A DNA stretch of 64,000 bases from Actinomycetota bacterium (GTDB lineage Bacteria; Actinomycetota; Acidimicrobiia; Acidimicrobiales; CAIXPF01): assembly GCA_016870475.1 (NCBI GenBank), contig VGBO01000002.1, positions 17,403 through 81,402 of the forward strand, read 5' to 3'. The translations under genes were made by a program, and so were the position numbers. Positions 40,646 through 48,724 of the stretch are shown piece after piece (positions within the stretch are counted from its first letter, which is position 1; every line of letters begins with the position of its first letter). The notes under the pieces were generated by a model that saw only the letters and a program-made list of their open reading frames with translations, searched no databases and was not told the DNA's origin.

Positions 40646-41260
40646 GTGGCGAACGATCGTGGCCTGCTGCCCAAGGCGCAGCGGGAGGAACTGAGCGAGG
40701 CGCTGCAGCGCAAACTCGAACGGTGGTACGGCAACGCCTACACCGACGACAACCTGTTCCTCACGATGGCGCGCCGGCCGGGGCTGCTCGACGCCACGTG
40801 GGGCTTCATCAAGTACATCTACGGCGGCGGGGCATCGGTCGAGGCGGAGCTGTTCGAGCTCATCCGCGTGAAGATGGCGTACAACAACCAGTGCGTACAT
40901 TGAAGCATGGCCCGTTCGAGCTCGGCCGTGAGCCGGGTCGCCGCCGACGACACCACCGACGCCGCCACCGTCTTCGAGGGTGACGTCGAGAAACTCCGGA
41001 ACTACGAGTCCTCCGATCTGCCGGACCGCACCAAGGTCGCGCTGCGGCTCGCCGACGCGCTGTCGATGGCGCCGCAGATGGTCGACGAGCACTTCTACGC
41101 GCAGCTCCGTGAGCACTTCGACGACGACCAGATCCTCGACCTCGGCATGTGCATGGCGTTCTTCACCGGCTGGCAGCGCTTCATCGAGGCGTTCGGGATC
41201 GTGCCCGACCGCTGGGAGGACGACGCGACGAAGCCGTGGGAGCCGGGCGGCGCCCGCTGA
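40646..41260 (+). CDS. Carboxymuconolactone decarboxylase/AhpD-like protein with in-frame TGA at 40901-40903 (candidate Sec; otherwise a nonsense pseudogene)
   Basis: Track ORFs 40244..40903 and 40907..41260 share one frame. The read-through product 'ELFELIRVKMAYNNQCVH[TGA]SMARSS...DLPDRTKVALRLADALS...ILDLGMCMAFFTGWQRF' is one CMD domain with E-x11-C-x-x-[TGA]. The start is GTG 40646 (AGGGGG upstream) or ATG 40616. Confidence 0.6.
40909..40939 (+). promoter_or_regulatory. Candidate bacterial SECIS-like hairpin downstream of the in-frame TGA
   Basis: Folded by hand. The lower stem is GGCCCG/CGGGUC (6 bp, one G-U) with a 5-nt 5' bulge UUCGA. The upper stem is GCUC/GAGC. The apical loop GGCCGU starts 21 nt after the UGA. 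Confidence 0.4.
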
Positions 41261-41269
41261 GCCCTGCCG

Positions 41270-42121
41270 TCAGGCGAGGGTCGCCCTGGCGACGAGGTCC
41301 ATCCCGAACGCGGTGAGGATCGCCAGGTACAACAGGCCGGTCGCGGCCATCACCGCGCTGTACTGCCGTTCCCGCAGCGCCGCCCAGGTGACGCCCAACA
41401 GGCCGATCGTCGTGACGACGCTCGTCGCCCAGAACCACCCGAGCAACCCGCCGTACCCGTCGTCGATCGCCCCAGAGAGCACGGCGAGCATGCCGGTCGG
41501 CAGCAGGAACACGACCAGTTCGGCCGGCCAGAGGGCCGCGGTCGCCACGACGAGCTGACGGAGCGGCCCGCGGTCGAGGCCGGGCTGCACCAGGTACCAA
41601 TGTCCGAGCAGCATCGCGTCGCTCACCGCGCCGAGGAACGCGGCACCGACGAGCATCCGGGCGAGCGAGACGGCCGGGTTCCCGCCAGCGTCGAGCGCCG
41701 CGGCGACGAGGCCCACCGTGCCGAGCACCGGGGCGACGAGGTCGAGCGCGGGCGGGAACTCCGAGACCGTTCGATCGAAGCGCTGCTCCGCACGATCGAT
41801 GCCCGTCATCGCCGCCACGCGCGCCGAACGGCGCTCGACCCGGTCCCGCTGGCCGGCGACACCGGCGCGGCGGCGCAGCACCGACACGGCGAGTGCGCCA
41901 GCGGTCGCCATCGCCACCGCCACCGCCGCGGCGTCGCGCACCGGCACGGTCCGGCCGGCGAAGCCGATCCACGCCGCACCGGCGGCCAGCAGGCCGAAGG
42001 TGACGCGCATCGTCCAGCCGTAGCCGAGACCGACCTCCCGGCGCCGGGTCGTCACCCACAGGAACAGCAGCCCACCGGTCGCCCATTGCAGCAGGACGGC
42101 CGCCGCGTCGAGGCGGATCAT
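41270..42121 (-). CDS. Polytopic membrane protein, function unknown
   Basis: The ATG at 42121 forms an ATGA overlap with the upstream peptidase stop. It has multiple hydrophobic helices ('LLQWATGGLLFLWV', 'LLGWFWATSVVTTIGLLGV'). Confidence 0.7.
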   Translation of the reverse strand: MIRLDAAAVLLQWATGGLLFLWVTTRRREVGLGYGWTMRVTFGLLAAGAAWIGFAGRTVPVRDAAAVAVAMATAGALAVSVLRRRAGVAGQRDRVERRSARVAAMTGIDRAEQRFDRTVSEFPPALDLVAPVLGTVGLVAAALDAGGNPAVSLARMLVGAAFLGAVSDAMLLGHWYLVQPGLDRGPLRQLVVATAALWPAELVVFLLPTGMLAVLSGAIDDGYGGLLGWFWATSVVTTIGLLGVTWAALRERQYSAVMAATGLLYLAILTAFGMDLVARATLA

Positions 42122-43230
42122 GCGTCGAGCACGGTGAGGCGGTGATCGGCCCGGTTCATCGGCTCGGGCCCCTGCGGTGTCGCCACGACGATGTCCTCGA
42201 GGCGGGCACCCCACCGCCCTTCGAGGTAGATGCCCGGTTCGATCGAGAACGCGTTCCCTGCGACGAGCGGCGCGTCGTTGCCCGCCACGATGTAGGGGTC
42301 CTCGTGCTCGAACAGCCCGATGCCGTGGCCGGTCCGGTGGATGAACGCCGCGCCGAACCCGGCGGCGTCGATGATCGAACGGGCCGCACGGTCGACGTCC
42401 TGGCAGGGCGTGCCGACCACCGCCGCGGCGACCGCCGCCGACTGCGCCCGGTGCAGCACGTCGTACAACTCGACGAACTCGGTGGGCGGCTCGCCGCCCA
42501 CCCAGAACATCCGGGTCATGTCCGAGCAGTAGCCGGGGGTGCCGTCGGGTGTGGCGAACACCCCACCGAAGTCGCAGAGCACGACCTCGCCCGCAGCGAT
42601 GACCCGGTCGGACGCGTGGTGGTGCGGGCTCGCCGCGTTCGCCCCTGCGGCGACGATCGAGAAGTTCACGTGGGCGTGGCCCTCGGCGAGGAGCCGCCGT
42701 GCGATCTCCTCGGAGACCTCGGCCTCGGTCCGGCCGACGAAGCGCACCTCTCCCGCCTGCAGCTGGGCGGCCACCCGGTCGGCGGCGGCGCCCGCGGCGC
42801 GGAGCTGATCGATCTCGAACGCGTCCTTGCGGGCGCGCAACGGCCCGGTGATCCCGTCGGCCCGACGCCACCGGGTCGCCGGCATGCGGTCGAGGAGGTC
42901 GACGACGTGACGGGCCCACGTCTGGTCGCCGACGGCGACGGTGCCCGGTCGCCCGCACAGGTCTGCGACCAGGCCGATCGGGTCGTCGGTCTCGTCCCAC
43001 CCGTGGATGGCGAAGAGGTCGTCGCGTTCGACGACGCGGGCGACCTCGAGGCGCGGGATCACGAGGGTGGCCGGCCCGTCCCGGTGCAGGACGAGCATCG
43101 TGAGACGGGGCAGGGGCATCGCCTCGTACCCGATCAGGTACGGCAGGTCCGGGCCGACGGAGGCGAGGAGCACGTCGACACCGGCGTCGGCCATGGCGGC
43201 GCGGGTGCGGGCGAGACGCTCGGCGTACAT
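42118..43230 (-). CDS. M24-family Xaa-Pro aminopeptidase
   Basis: ATG at 43230. Metal ligands in 'LCDFGG', 'YCSDMTR', 'HRTGHGIG', 'FSIEPGIY' and 'RLEDIVV'. Confidence 0.88.
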   Translation of the reverse strand: MYAERLARTRAAMADAGVDVLLASVGPDLPYLIGYEAMPLPRLTMLVLHRDGPATLVIPRLEVARVVERDDLFAIHGWDETDDPIGLVADLCGRPGTVAVGDQTWARHVVDLLDRMPATRWRRADGITGPLRARKDAFEIDQLRAAGAAADRVAAQLQAGEVRFVGRTEAEVSEEIARRLLAEGHAHVNFSIVAAGANAASPHHHASDRVIAAGEVVLCDFGGVFATPDGTPGYCSDMTRMFWVGGEPPTEFVELYDVLHRAQSAAVAAAVVGTPCQDVDRAARSIIDAAGFGAAFIHRTGHGIGLFEHEDPYIVAGNDAPLVAGNAFSIEPGIYLEGRWGARLEDIVVATPQGPEPMNRADHRLTVLDA

Positions 43231-43281
43231 GGCCCCCGACCCTACCGGGACCTCCCGGGGACGTGCGGTAGCGTCCCCGTC

Positions 43282-43989
43282 GTGCAGGACTGGCAGCGCC
43301 GTTTCGTCGACTTCCTCGTGGCCACCGGGGCGTTCCGGCTCGGATCGTTCACCCTCAAGAGCGGGCGCCAGTCGCCCACGTTCGTGAACACCGGACTGGT
43401 CGACGACGGTCCGGGGCTCGTGGAGCTCGGCGACGCCTACGCAGCGCGGATCCTCGACACACTCGGCGCCGACGGGTTCGACGCCGTCTTCGGTCCCGCG
43501 TACAAGGGGATCCCGCTCGCCGTCGCCACGGTGACCGGACTCGCCCGCTCCGGCGTGCGGGCGCCGTACCTGTTCGACCGCAAGGAACGGAAGGACCACG
43601 GCGAGGAGGCGTCGGGCAACGACGCCGCCGCGCTCCTCGTCGGGCACCGGCCCGCACCGGGGGCACGCCTCGTGCTCGTCGACGACGTGCTCACCACCGG
43701 GGCCACCAAGTACGAGGCGGTCGAACTCCTCCGCTCGCTCGTCCCCGACGTCCGGTTCCCGCTGCTCGTGATCGCCGTCGACCGGGAAGAGGTCGGCGAC
43801 GACGGGCTCGACGCCGCCACCCGCTTCACCACCGCGACCGGGGTCCCCGTCGTCGCGGCGGTCCGGATGAGCGAGGCGCTCGGTCACCTCGACGACCGCG
43901 GGTTGCTCGACGGCCCGACGCGGGACGCCTGCCGCGCCTACCTGGCGCGCTACGGGACCGCCGCCGCGCAGGCCTGGGCCGCCTCCTGA
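43282..43989 (+). CDS. pyrE: Orotate phosphoribosyltransferase
   Basis: GTG at 43282. 'GAFRLGSFTLKSGRQSPTFVN', 'GPAYKGIPLA' and the PRPP loop 'LVLVDDVLTTGATK'. Confidence 0.85.
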   Translation: MQDWQRRFVDFLVATGAFRLGSFTLKSGRQSPTFVNTGLVDDGPGLVELGDAYAARILDTLGADGFDAVFGPAYKGIPLAVATVTGLARSGVRAPYLFDRKERKDHGEEASGNDAAALLVGHRPAPGARLVLVDDVLTTGATKYEAVELLRSLVPDVRFPLLVIAVDREEVGDDGLDAATRFTTATGVPVVAAVRMSEALGHLDDRGLLDGPTRDACRAYLARYGTAAAQAWAAS

Positions 43990-43992
43990 ACC

Positions 43993-45642
43993 TCAGCCCG
44001 AGGCGCTCCCGGCGGCGGCGTCGGCGGCGCTGCGGGCGTGGTAGCTCGAGCGCACGAGCGGCCCGGACTCGACGTGCGCGATCCCGAGGGCCCGCCCGAC
44101 CTCCCGGTAGTGGTCGAACCGGTCGGGGGTCACCCAGCGCGCCACCGGCAGGTGGTGCGTCGTCGGGCGCAGGTACTGCCCGAGCGTGACGATGTCGACC
44201 CCGATCGCTGCGAGATCGGTGAGGGTGGCGACCACCTCGTCGTCGGTCTCCCCCATGCCGACGATGATCGAGGTCTTCGTGCGGAGCCCTGCTCTGCGGG
44301 CCCGGGCGAGCACGGCGAGGGACCGGGCGTAGGACGCGGACGGTCGCACGGCGCGTTGCAGCCGGGGCACGGTCTCCACGTTGTGGTTCGCCACGTCGGG
44401 ACGAGCGTCGAAGATCGTCGCGAGCGCCTCGGGGTCGCCCTTGCAGTCGGGCACGAGCACCTCGACCCCGCACCCGGGGACCTTCGCCCGGATCGCTGCG
44501 ATCGTGGCCGCGAACGCCCCTGCGCCACCGTCGGGGAGGTCGTCGCGGGCGACGGCGGTGACGACGGCGAACCGCAGACCCAACCGTGCGACGGCGTCGG
44601 CCACCCGGGCGGGTTCGTCCGGATCGAGCGGGAGCGGGTGCGACGTGTCCACGAGGCAGAACCCGCACGCCCGGGTGCAACGCTCCCCGTTGATCATGAA
44701 CGTCGCCGTGCCCTCGGCCCAGCATTCCGACAGGTTCGGGCAGCCGGCCTCCTCGCACACGGTGACGAGGTCGAGGTCCCGCAACGTGCGGCGCAGCGCG
44801 AGCACCTCCGGCCCGTGCGACACGCGGGGGCGCAACCAGTCGGGTTTGCGGGCGGAGATCGTGAGCCCGTCGGTGACGCCGGCCTCGGCGAGCCGCCCGA
44901 CGAGACGCACCGGGGCCCCTGCCCCCGCCCCCCGGCTGAACGGTGCGAGGTCGTCCGGACGCTGCCGCCACGCGACATCGGCCCGGTCGACCGAGGAGGC
45001 ACCCCACCGTTGCGCCGCGAGGCGGGTCACGACGTCGACGACCTCGCGCATCGACACGTCGACGCCTTCGCGCTGCAGTGACGTGACGCCCCGGTCGGCG
45101 ATGCCGCAGGGCACGATGTGACGGAACCCCTCGAGCGCCTCGTCGGTGACGTTGAGCCCGAACCCGTGCATCGACCGACCCCGGCCGAGGCGCACACCGA
45201 CCGCGGCGATCTTGCGGGGCGCGGGATCACCCGGCACCCACACGCCGGGGAAGACCGAGGAGCACTCGCAGCCCGGCAGGCCGAGCTCGGCGAGCACGTC
45301 GACGAGCAGCCGGGTCAGGTCGGTCACGTAGGCGACCGTGTCGACCATCCCGCCGCCGCGCTTCCCGGCGACGTGACGGATCGGGTACCCGGTGAGCTGG
45401 CCGGGACCGTGGTAGGTCACGTCGCCACCCCGGTCGGCCCGCACCCGGTCGATGCCGAGCGCCTCGAGGTCGCCGAGCACGTTGCGTTCGTCCGCGCGCG
45501 CCCCGAGCGTGACGACCGGGTCGTGCTCGCAGAGCAGCAGGTGGTCGTCGGCCGCGTCGCGGAACAGGCCGTGCTGGAGCGCGAGCCCGTCCCGGTACCG
45601 GACGCGCCCCAACCAGCGCACGTGCAACGGACGGCCGGTCAC
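43993..45642 (-). CDS. lipB-lipA: In-frame fusion of octanoyltransferase LipB and lipoyl synthase LipA
   Basis: A single open frame carries both halves. LipB: 'RGGDVTYHGPGQLTGYP', 'KIAAVGVRL', 'HGFGLNV' and 'VPCG'. The linker is '...DVAWRQRPDDLAPFSRGAGAGAPVRLVG...'. LipA: 'KPDWLR', 'CEEAGCPNLSEC', 'CTRACGFC' and 'VRSSY'. GTG 45642 lies 4 nt after the E2 stop. Confidence 0.85.
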   Translation of the reverse strand: MTGRPLHVRWLGRVRYRDGLALQHGLFRDAADDHLLLCEHDPVVTLGARADERNVLGDLEALGIDRVRADRGGDVTYHGPGQLTGYPIRHVAGKRGGGMVDTVAYVTDLTRLLVDVLAELGLPGCECSSVFPGVWVPGDPAPRKIAAVGVRLGRGRSMHGFGLNVTDEALEGFRHIVPCGIADRGVTSLQREGVDVSMREVVDVVTRLAAQRWGASSVDRADVAWRQRPDDLAPFSRGAGAGAPVRLVGRLAEAGVTDGLTISARKPDWLRPRVSHGPEVLALRRTLRDLDLVTVCEEAGCPNLSECWAEGTATFMINGERCTRACGFCLVDTSHPLPLDPDEPARVADAVARLGLRFAVVTAVARDDLPDGGAGAFAATIAAIRAKVPGCGVEVLVPDCKGDPEALATIFDARPDVANHNVETVPRLQRAVRPSASYARSLAVLARARRAGLRTKTSIIVGMGETDDEVVATLTDLAAIGVDIVTLGQYLRPTTHHLPVARWVTPDRFDHYREVGRALGIAHVESGPLVRSSYHARSAADAAAGSASG

Positions 45643-45646
45643 GACG

Positions 45647-46987
45647 TCACGCGACCTCGGACGACCAGTCCCGTTCCTCGACGATGCGCCGCACCCGGTC
45701 GAGGAACGCCGCCGCGTAGGCACCGTCGAACGCCCGGTGGTCCCAGGCGAGGGCCAGCACGCCGATCGGCCGGATGGCGATCGCCTCAGCGCCATCGGCG
45801 TCGGTGATCACCCACGGCTTCCGGCGTACACCGTCGGTGGAGAGGATCGCGACCTGCGGCTGGCTGATCACCGGGAACTGCAGGAGGGTCCCGTACTGAC
45901 CGGGGTTGGTGATCGTGAACGTGCCGGCACCGAGGTCGTCGGGTCGGAGCTGACGGGCGCGGGCCCGACGGGCGAGGTCGCTGATCTCGCGGGCGATCAG
46001 CCGCAGACGCTTGCCCTCCACGTTGCGAACCACCGGGGCGACGAGCCCCTCGAAGCCGAGGTCGACGGCGATGGCGAGGTTCACGTCACGGTGCAGCACC
46101 AGGTCGTCGCCGTCGACCGACGCGTTGAGGGCAGGGAACTCGGCGATCGCGTCGGACACCGCCCGGCACAGGAACGGGAGGTAGGTGAGCCCGAAGCCCT
46201 CCTCGGCACGGAAACGGTCGCGGTGCGCCGACCGCACCCGGTCGACGGCGGAGAAGTCGACCTCCATCGCGGTGAGCACGTGCGGGGAGGTCGCCTTCGA
46301 CCGAACCATGTGGTCGCCGGTGAGCTTGCGGATCCGGTTGAACGGTTCCCGACGCGAGCCCGCCGGGACGGTGACCGCCTCCCCGGCAGCGGCCGGCGGG
46401 GCCAGGGCGGCCGACGGCGCCGGTGGTGGCACAGGCGCCGCGGGAGCGGTCGGGATCGGGGTGCCGCTCGCCTGCTGCCGCCGGTCGATGGCCCGCTGCA
46501 CGTCGTCGCGGGTGACCCGCCCTCCCGGGCCGGTGCCGACGACGGTCGCGAGGTCGATGCCGTGGTCCGCAACGAGGCGGCGCACGATCGGCGACAGCAG
46601 CCGCGCCTCCGGCGGGGCAGCCGCTGCGGGCACGGCATCGGCTGCCACCGGCGGCGGCAGGGCGGCGGCGGCGGGCGACGGCGCAGCCGCGGGCGGCGGG
46701 GCGATCGGCGCCGGCGACGCCACCGTGGCCGCCGGGACGACCACGTCGCCCGCCGGCGAAGAGATCACAGCGAGCACCGTGCCGACCCCGACGGTGGTGC
46801 CCTCCACCACACGGATCTCGGCGAGGACCCCGTCCACGACGGAGGGGACCTCCGAGTCGACCTTCTCGGTGGAGACCTCGAAGAGGATCTCGTCCCGTGC
46901 GACGGGGTCACCGACGCGCTTGAACCACTTGGTGATCGTCCCCTCGGTGACGGTCTCCCCGAGCTGCGGCATCACGATCTCGGCCAT
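45647..46987 (-). CDS. Dihydrolipoamide acyltransferase (E2) of a 2-oxoacid dehydrogenase complex
   Basis: Lipoyl domain 'EVSTEKVDSEVPS', Ala/Pro linkers, PSBD 'SPIVRRLVADHGIDL' and catalytic 'LALAWDHRAFDGA'. Confidence 0.93.
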   Translation of the reverse strand: MAEIVMPQLGETVTEGTITKWFKRVGDPVARDEILFEVSTEKVDSEVPSVVDGVLAEIRVVEGTTVGVGTVLAVISSPAGDVVVPAATVASPAPIAPPPAAAPSPAAAALPPPVAADAVPAAAAPPEARLLSPIVRRLVADHGIDLATVVGTGPGGRVTRDDVQRAIDRRQQASGTPIPTAPAAPVPPPAPSAALAPPAAAGEAVTVPAGSRREPFNRIRKLTGDHMVRSKATSPHVLTAMEVDFSAVDRVRSAHRDRFRAEEGFGLTYLPFLCRAVSDAIAEFPALNASVDGDDLVLHRDVNLAIAVDLGFEGLVAPVVRNVEGKRLRLIAREISDLARRARARQLRPDDLGAGTFTITNPGQYGTLLQFPVISQPQVAILSTDGVRRKPWVITDADGAEAIAIRPIGVLALAWDHRAFDGAYAAAFLDRVRRIVEERDWSSEVA

Positions 46988-47011
46988 GGCGGCTCCTCCG
47001 ACGGGGTGGGG

Positions 47012-48415
47012 TCAGTGCAGTGCCCGTCCGGTGAGCGAGAGCACGGTCTCCCCGAACAGCTCGCTCATCGTCGGGTGGGGCTGCAGGAAGTGGGCGACGT
47101 CGTCGACGGTCGCCTCCCAGTTCACGGCCAGGTAGCCGGCACCGAGCTGCTCGGTGACCCAGGGGCCGGCGAGGTGCACACCGAGGATGCGGCCGGCGCG
47201 ACCGTCGGGCCGCCGTTCGGCGACGACCTTCACGATGCCCTCGGTGTCGCCCACGATCTTCGCCCGGCCGTTCGCGAGGAAGCGGTGCTTCGCCGTGACC
47301 ACGTCGATGCCCCTCTCGACCGCCTGCGCCTCCGTGAGCCCGGCGAAGGCCACCTCGGGATGGCAGTAGATCGCCCACGGGACCCGTTCGTGGTCGAGCG
47401 GGATCGGCGACTCGCCGCAGATGTCCTTCACGACGGTGATCGCCTCGGCGAACGCGACATGGGCGAGCGCGGGCGAGGCGACCGCGTCGCCGACCGCGTG
47501 CACCCCCGGGACGGCCGTCCGACCGTACGCGTCGACGTCGATGTGGCCGCGCGCCCCGACCGTCACGCCCGTCCCCTCGAGACCGAGATGGTCGAGGAAC
47601 GGCCGCCGACCGACCGAGACGACGACGATCTCCGCCACGGCGGTCGCCCCGTCACCGAACCGCACGGTCGTTGTGCCGGCGGCCGGGTCGGGGTCGTGGC
47701 CGTGCACGGCGACGCCGGTGTGGATCGTGATCCCACGCTTGCGGAACGCCCGGGTCACCACGCCGGCGACGTCGGCGTCGCAGCCGGGCAGCAGCTTGTC
47801 CGACACCTCGAGCAGGGTGACGTCGACCCCGAGGTCGTCGAGCATCGACGCGAACTCGCACCCGATCGCCCCGCCTCCGACCACGACCGCGGAGGCAGGC
47901 AGGCGGTCGAGGGAGAGCACCTCGTCGGAGGTGAGCACGAACCGGCCGTCGACGTCGAAGCCGGGAAGCGTGCGCGGCACCGATCCGGGGGCGAGGACGA
48001 CGTGGTCGCCGGTGAGGGTCGAGGTGGTTCCGTCCGCTGCGGTGACCGTGACGGTCCGGTCCGGCCCGAGCCGTCCGACGCCGTCGACGACGGTCACCTT
48101 GCGTCCCTTCAGCAGGGCGCCGAGTCCGGCGGTGAGCTCGTCGACGATGCGCTGCTTGCGCTGCATCGTGACCGCCCAGTCGAGCTCCGGTGCACCGACG
48201 CGGACACCGAACTCGGCGGCGCGGCGCACCGTCCGGTGCACGCTCGCGGTCTCGAGGAGCTCCTTCGCGGGGATGCAGCCCACGTGCAGGCACGTCCCCC
48301 CGACGCGGGATCGTTCGACGAGCACCACGTCGAGACCGGCGGACGCCCCGTACAGGGCGGTGGCGTACCCGCCCGGACCGCCGCCGACGACGACCACCCG
48401 CTGTCGATCGACCAT
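47012..48415 (-). CDS. lpd: Dihydrolipoyl dehydrogenase (E3)
   Basis: 'VVVGGGPGGY', the redox disulfide 'GGTCLHVGCIPAK' and 'AVVVGGGAIGCEFA'. The start is ATG 48415 or GTG 48424. Confidence 0.94.
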   Translation of the reverse strand: MVDRQRVVVVGGGPGGYATALYGASAGLDVVLVERSRVGGTCLHVGCIPAKELLETASVHRTVRRAAEFGVRVGAPELDWAVTMQRKQRIVDELTAGLGALLKGRKVTVVDGVGRLGPDRTVTVTAADGTTSTLTGDHVVLAPGSVPRTLPGFDVDGRFVLTSDEVLSLDRLPASAVVVGGGAIGCEFASMLDDLGVDVTLLEVSDKLLPGCDADVAGVVTRAFRKRGITIHTGVAVHGHDPDPAAGTTTVRFGDGATAVAEIVVVSVGRRPFLDHLGLEGTGVTVGARGHIDVDAYGRTAVPGVHAVGDAVASPALAHVAFAEAITVVKDICGESPIPLDHERVPWAIYCHPEVAFAGLTEAQAVERGIDVVTAKHRFLANGRAKIVGDTEGIVKVVAERRPDGRAGRILGVHLAGPWVTEQLGAGYLAVNWEATVDDVAHFLQPHPTMSELFGETVLSLTGRALH

Positions 48416-48511
48416 CGTTCGCACCCATCCTGCGGCGTCCCATGGACCGGGCCGGTACGTCCACCGCGTCGGACCCGCATGCTAGGCGGCGGCGGGTCGC
48501 TCTGACCCCGG

Positions 48512-48601
48512 CTAGCGGGCGATCACGACCTGGAGCGCGAACGCGACGAGGATCACGAGGCCGAGGCCGAGCGAGAGCAGCAGCAACATCCGGGTGCTCA
48601 T
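48512..48601 (-). CDS. Possible 29-aa single-TM micro-protein upstream of the lpd operon
   Basis: I translated this myself; it is below the track's size cut-off. The sequence is MSTRMLLLLSLGLGLVILVAFALQVVIAR. Third codon positions are GC-rich, consistent with coding, but there is no clear RBS. Confidence 0.3.
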   Translation of the reverse strand: MSTRMLLLLSLGLGLVILVAFALQVVIAR

Positions 48602-48724
48602 GGCGGGCATCGTGGTCGCGGCGGCGGCGGGCGGTCCAACCGGACCGCACCCGGTAGGGGCCCCGACACCGGTAGACCGTTGTCCCACGCGGCGTCGGCG
48701 ACGCCGTCGAGGAGGAGTCGGACC

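Noticed and set aside
40901-40903. TGA reassigned genome-wide (to Trp or Gly) as an explanation for the in-frame TGA.
   Set aside because: Many well-supported genes in the window terminate with TGA, including ATGA/GTGA overlaps at 10437, 23432, 32659, 34235, 42118, 51383, 54490, 58743 and 63844.
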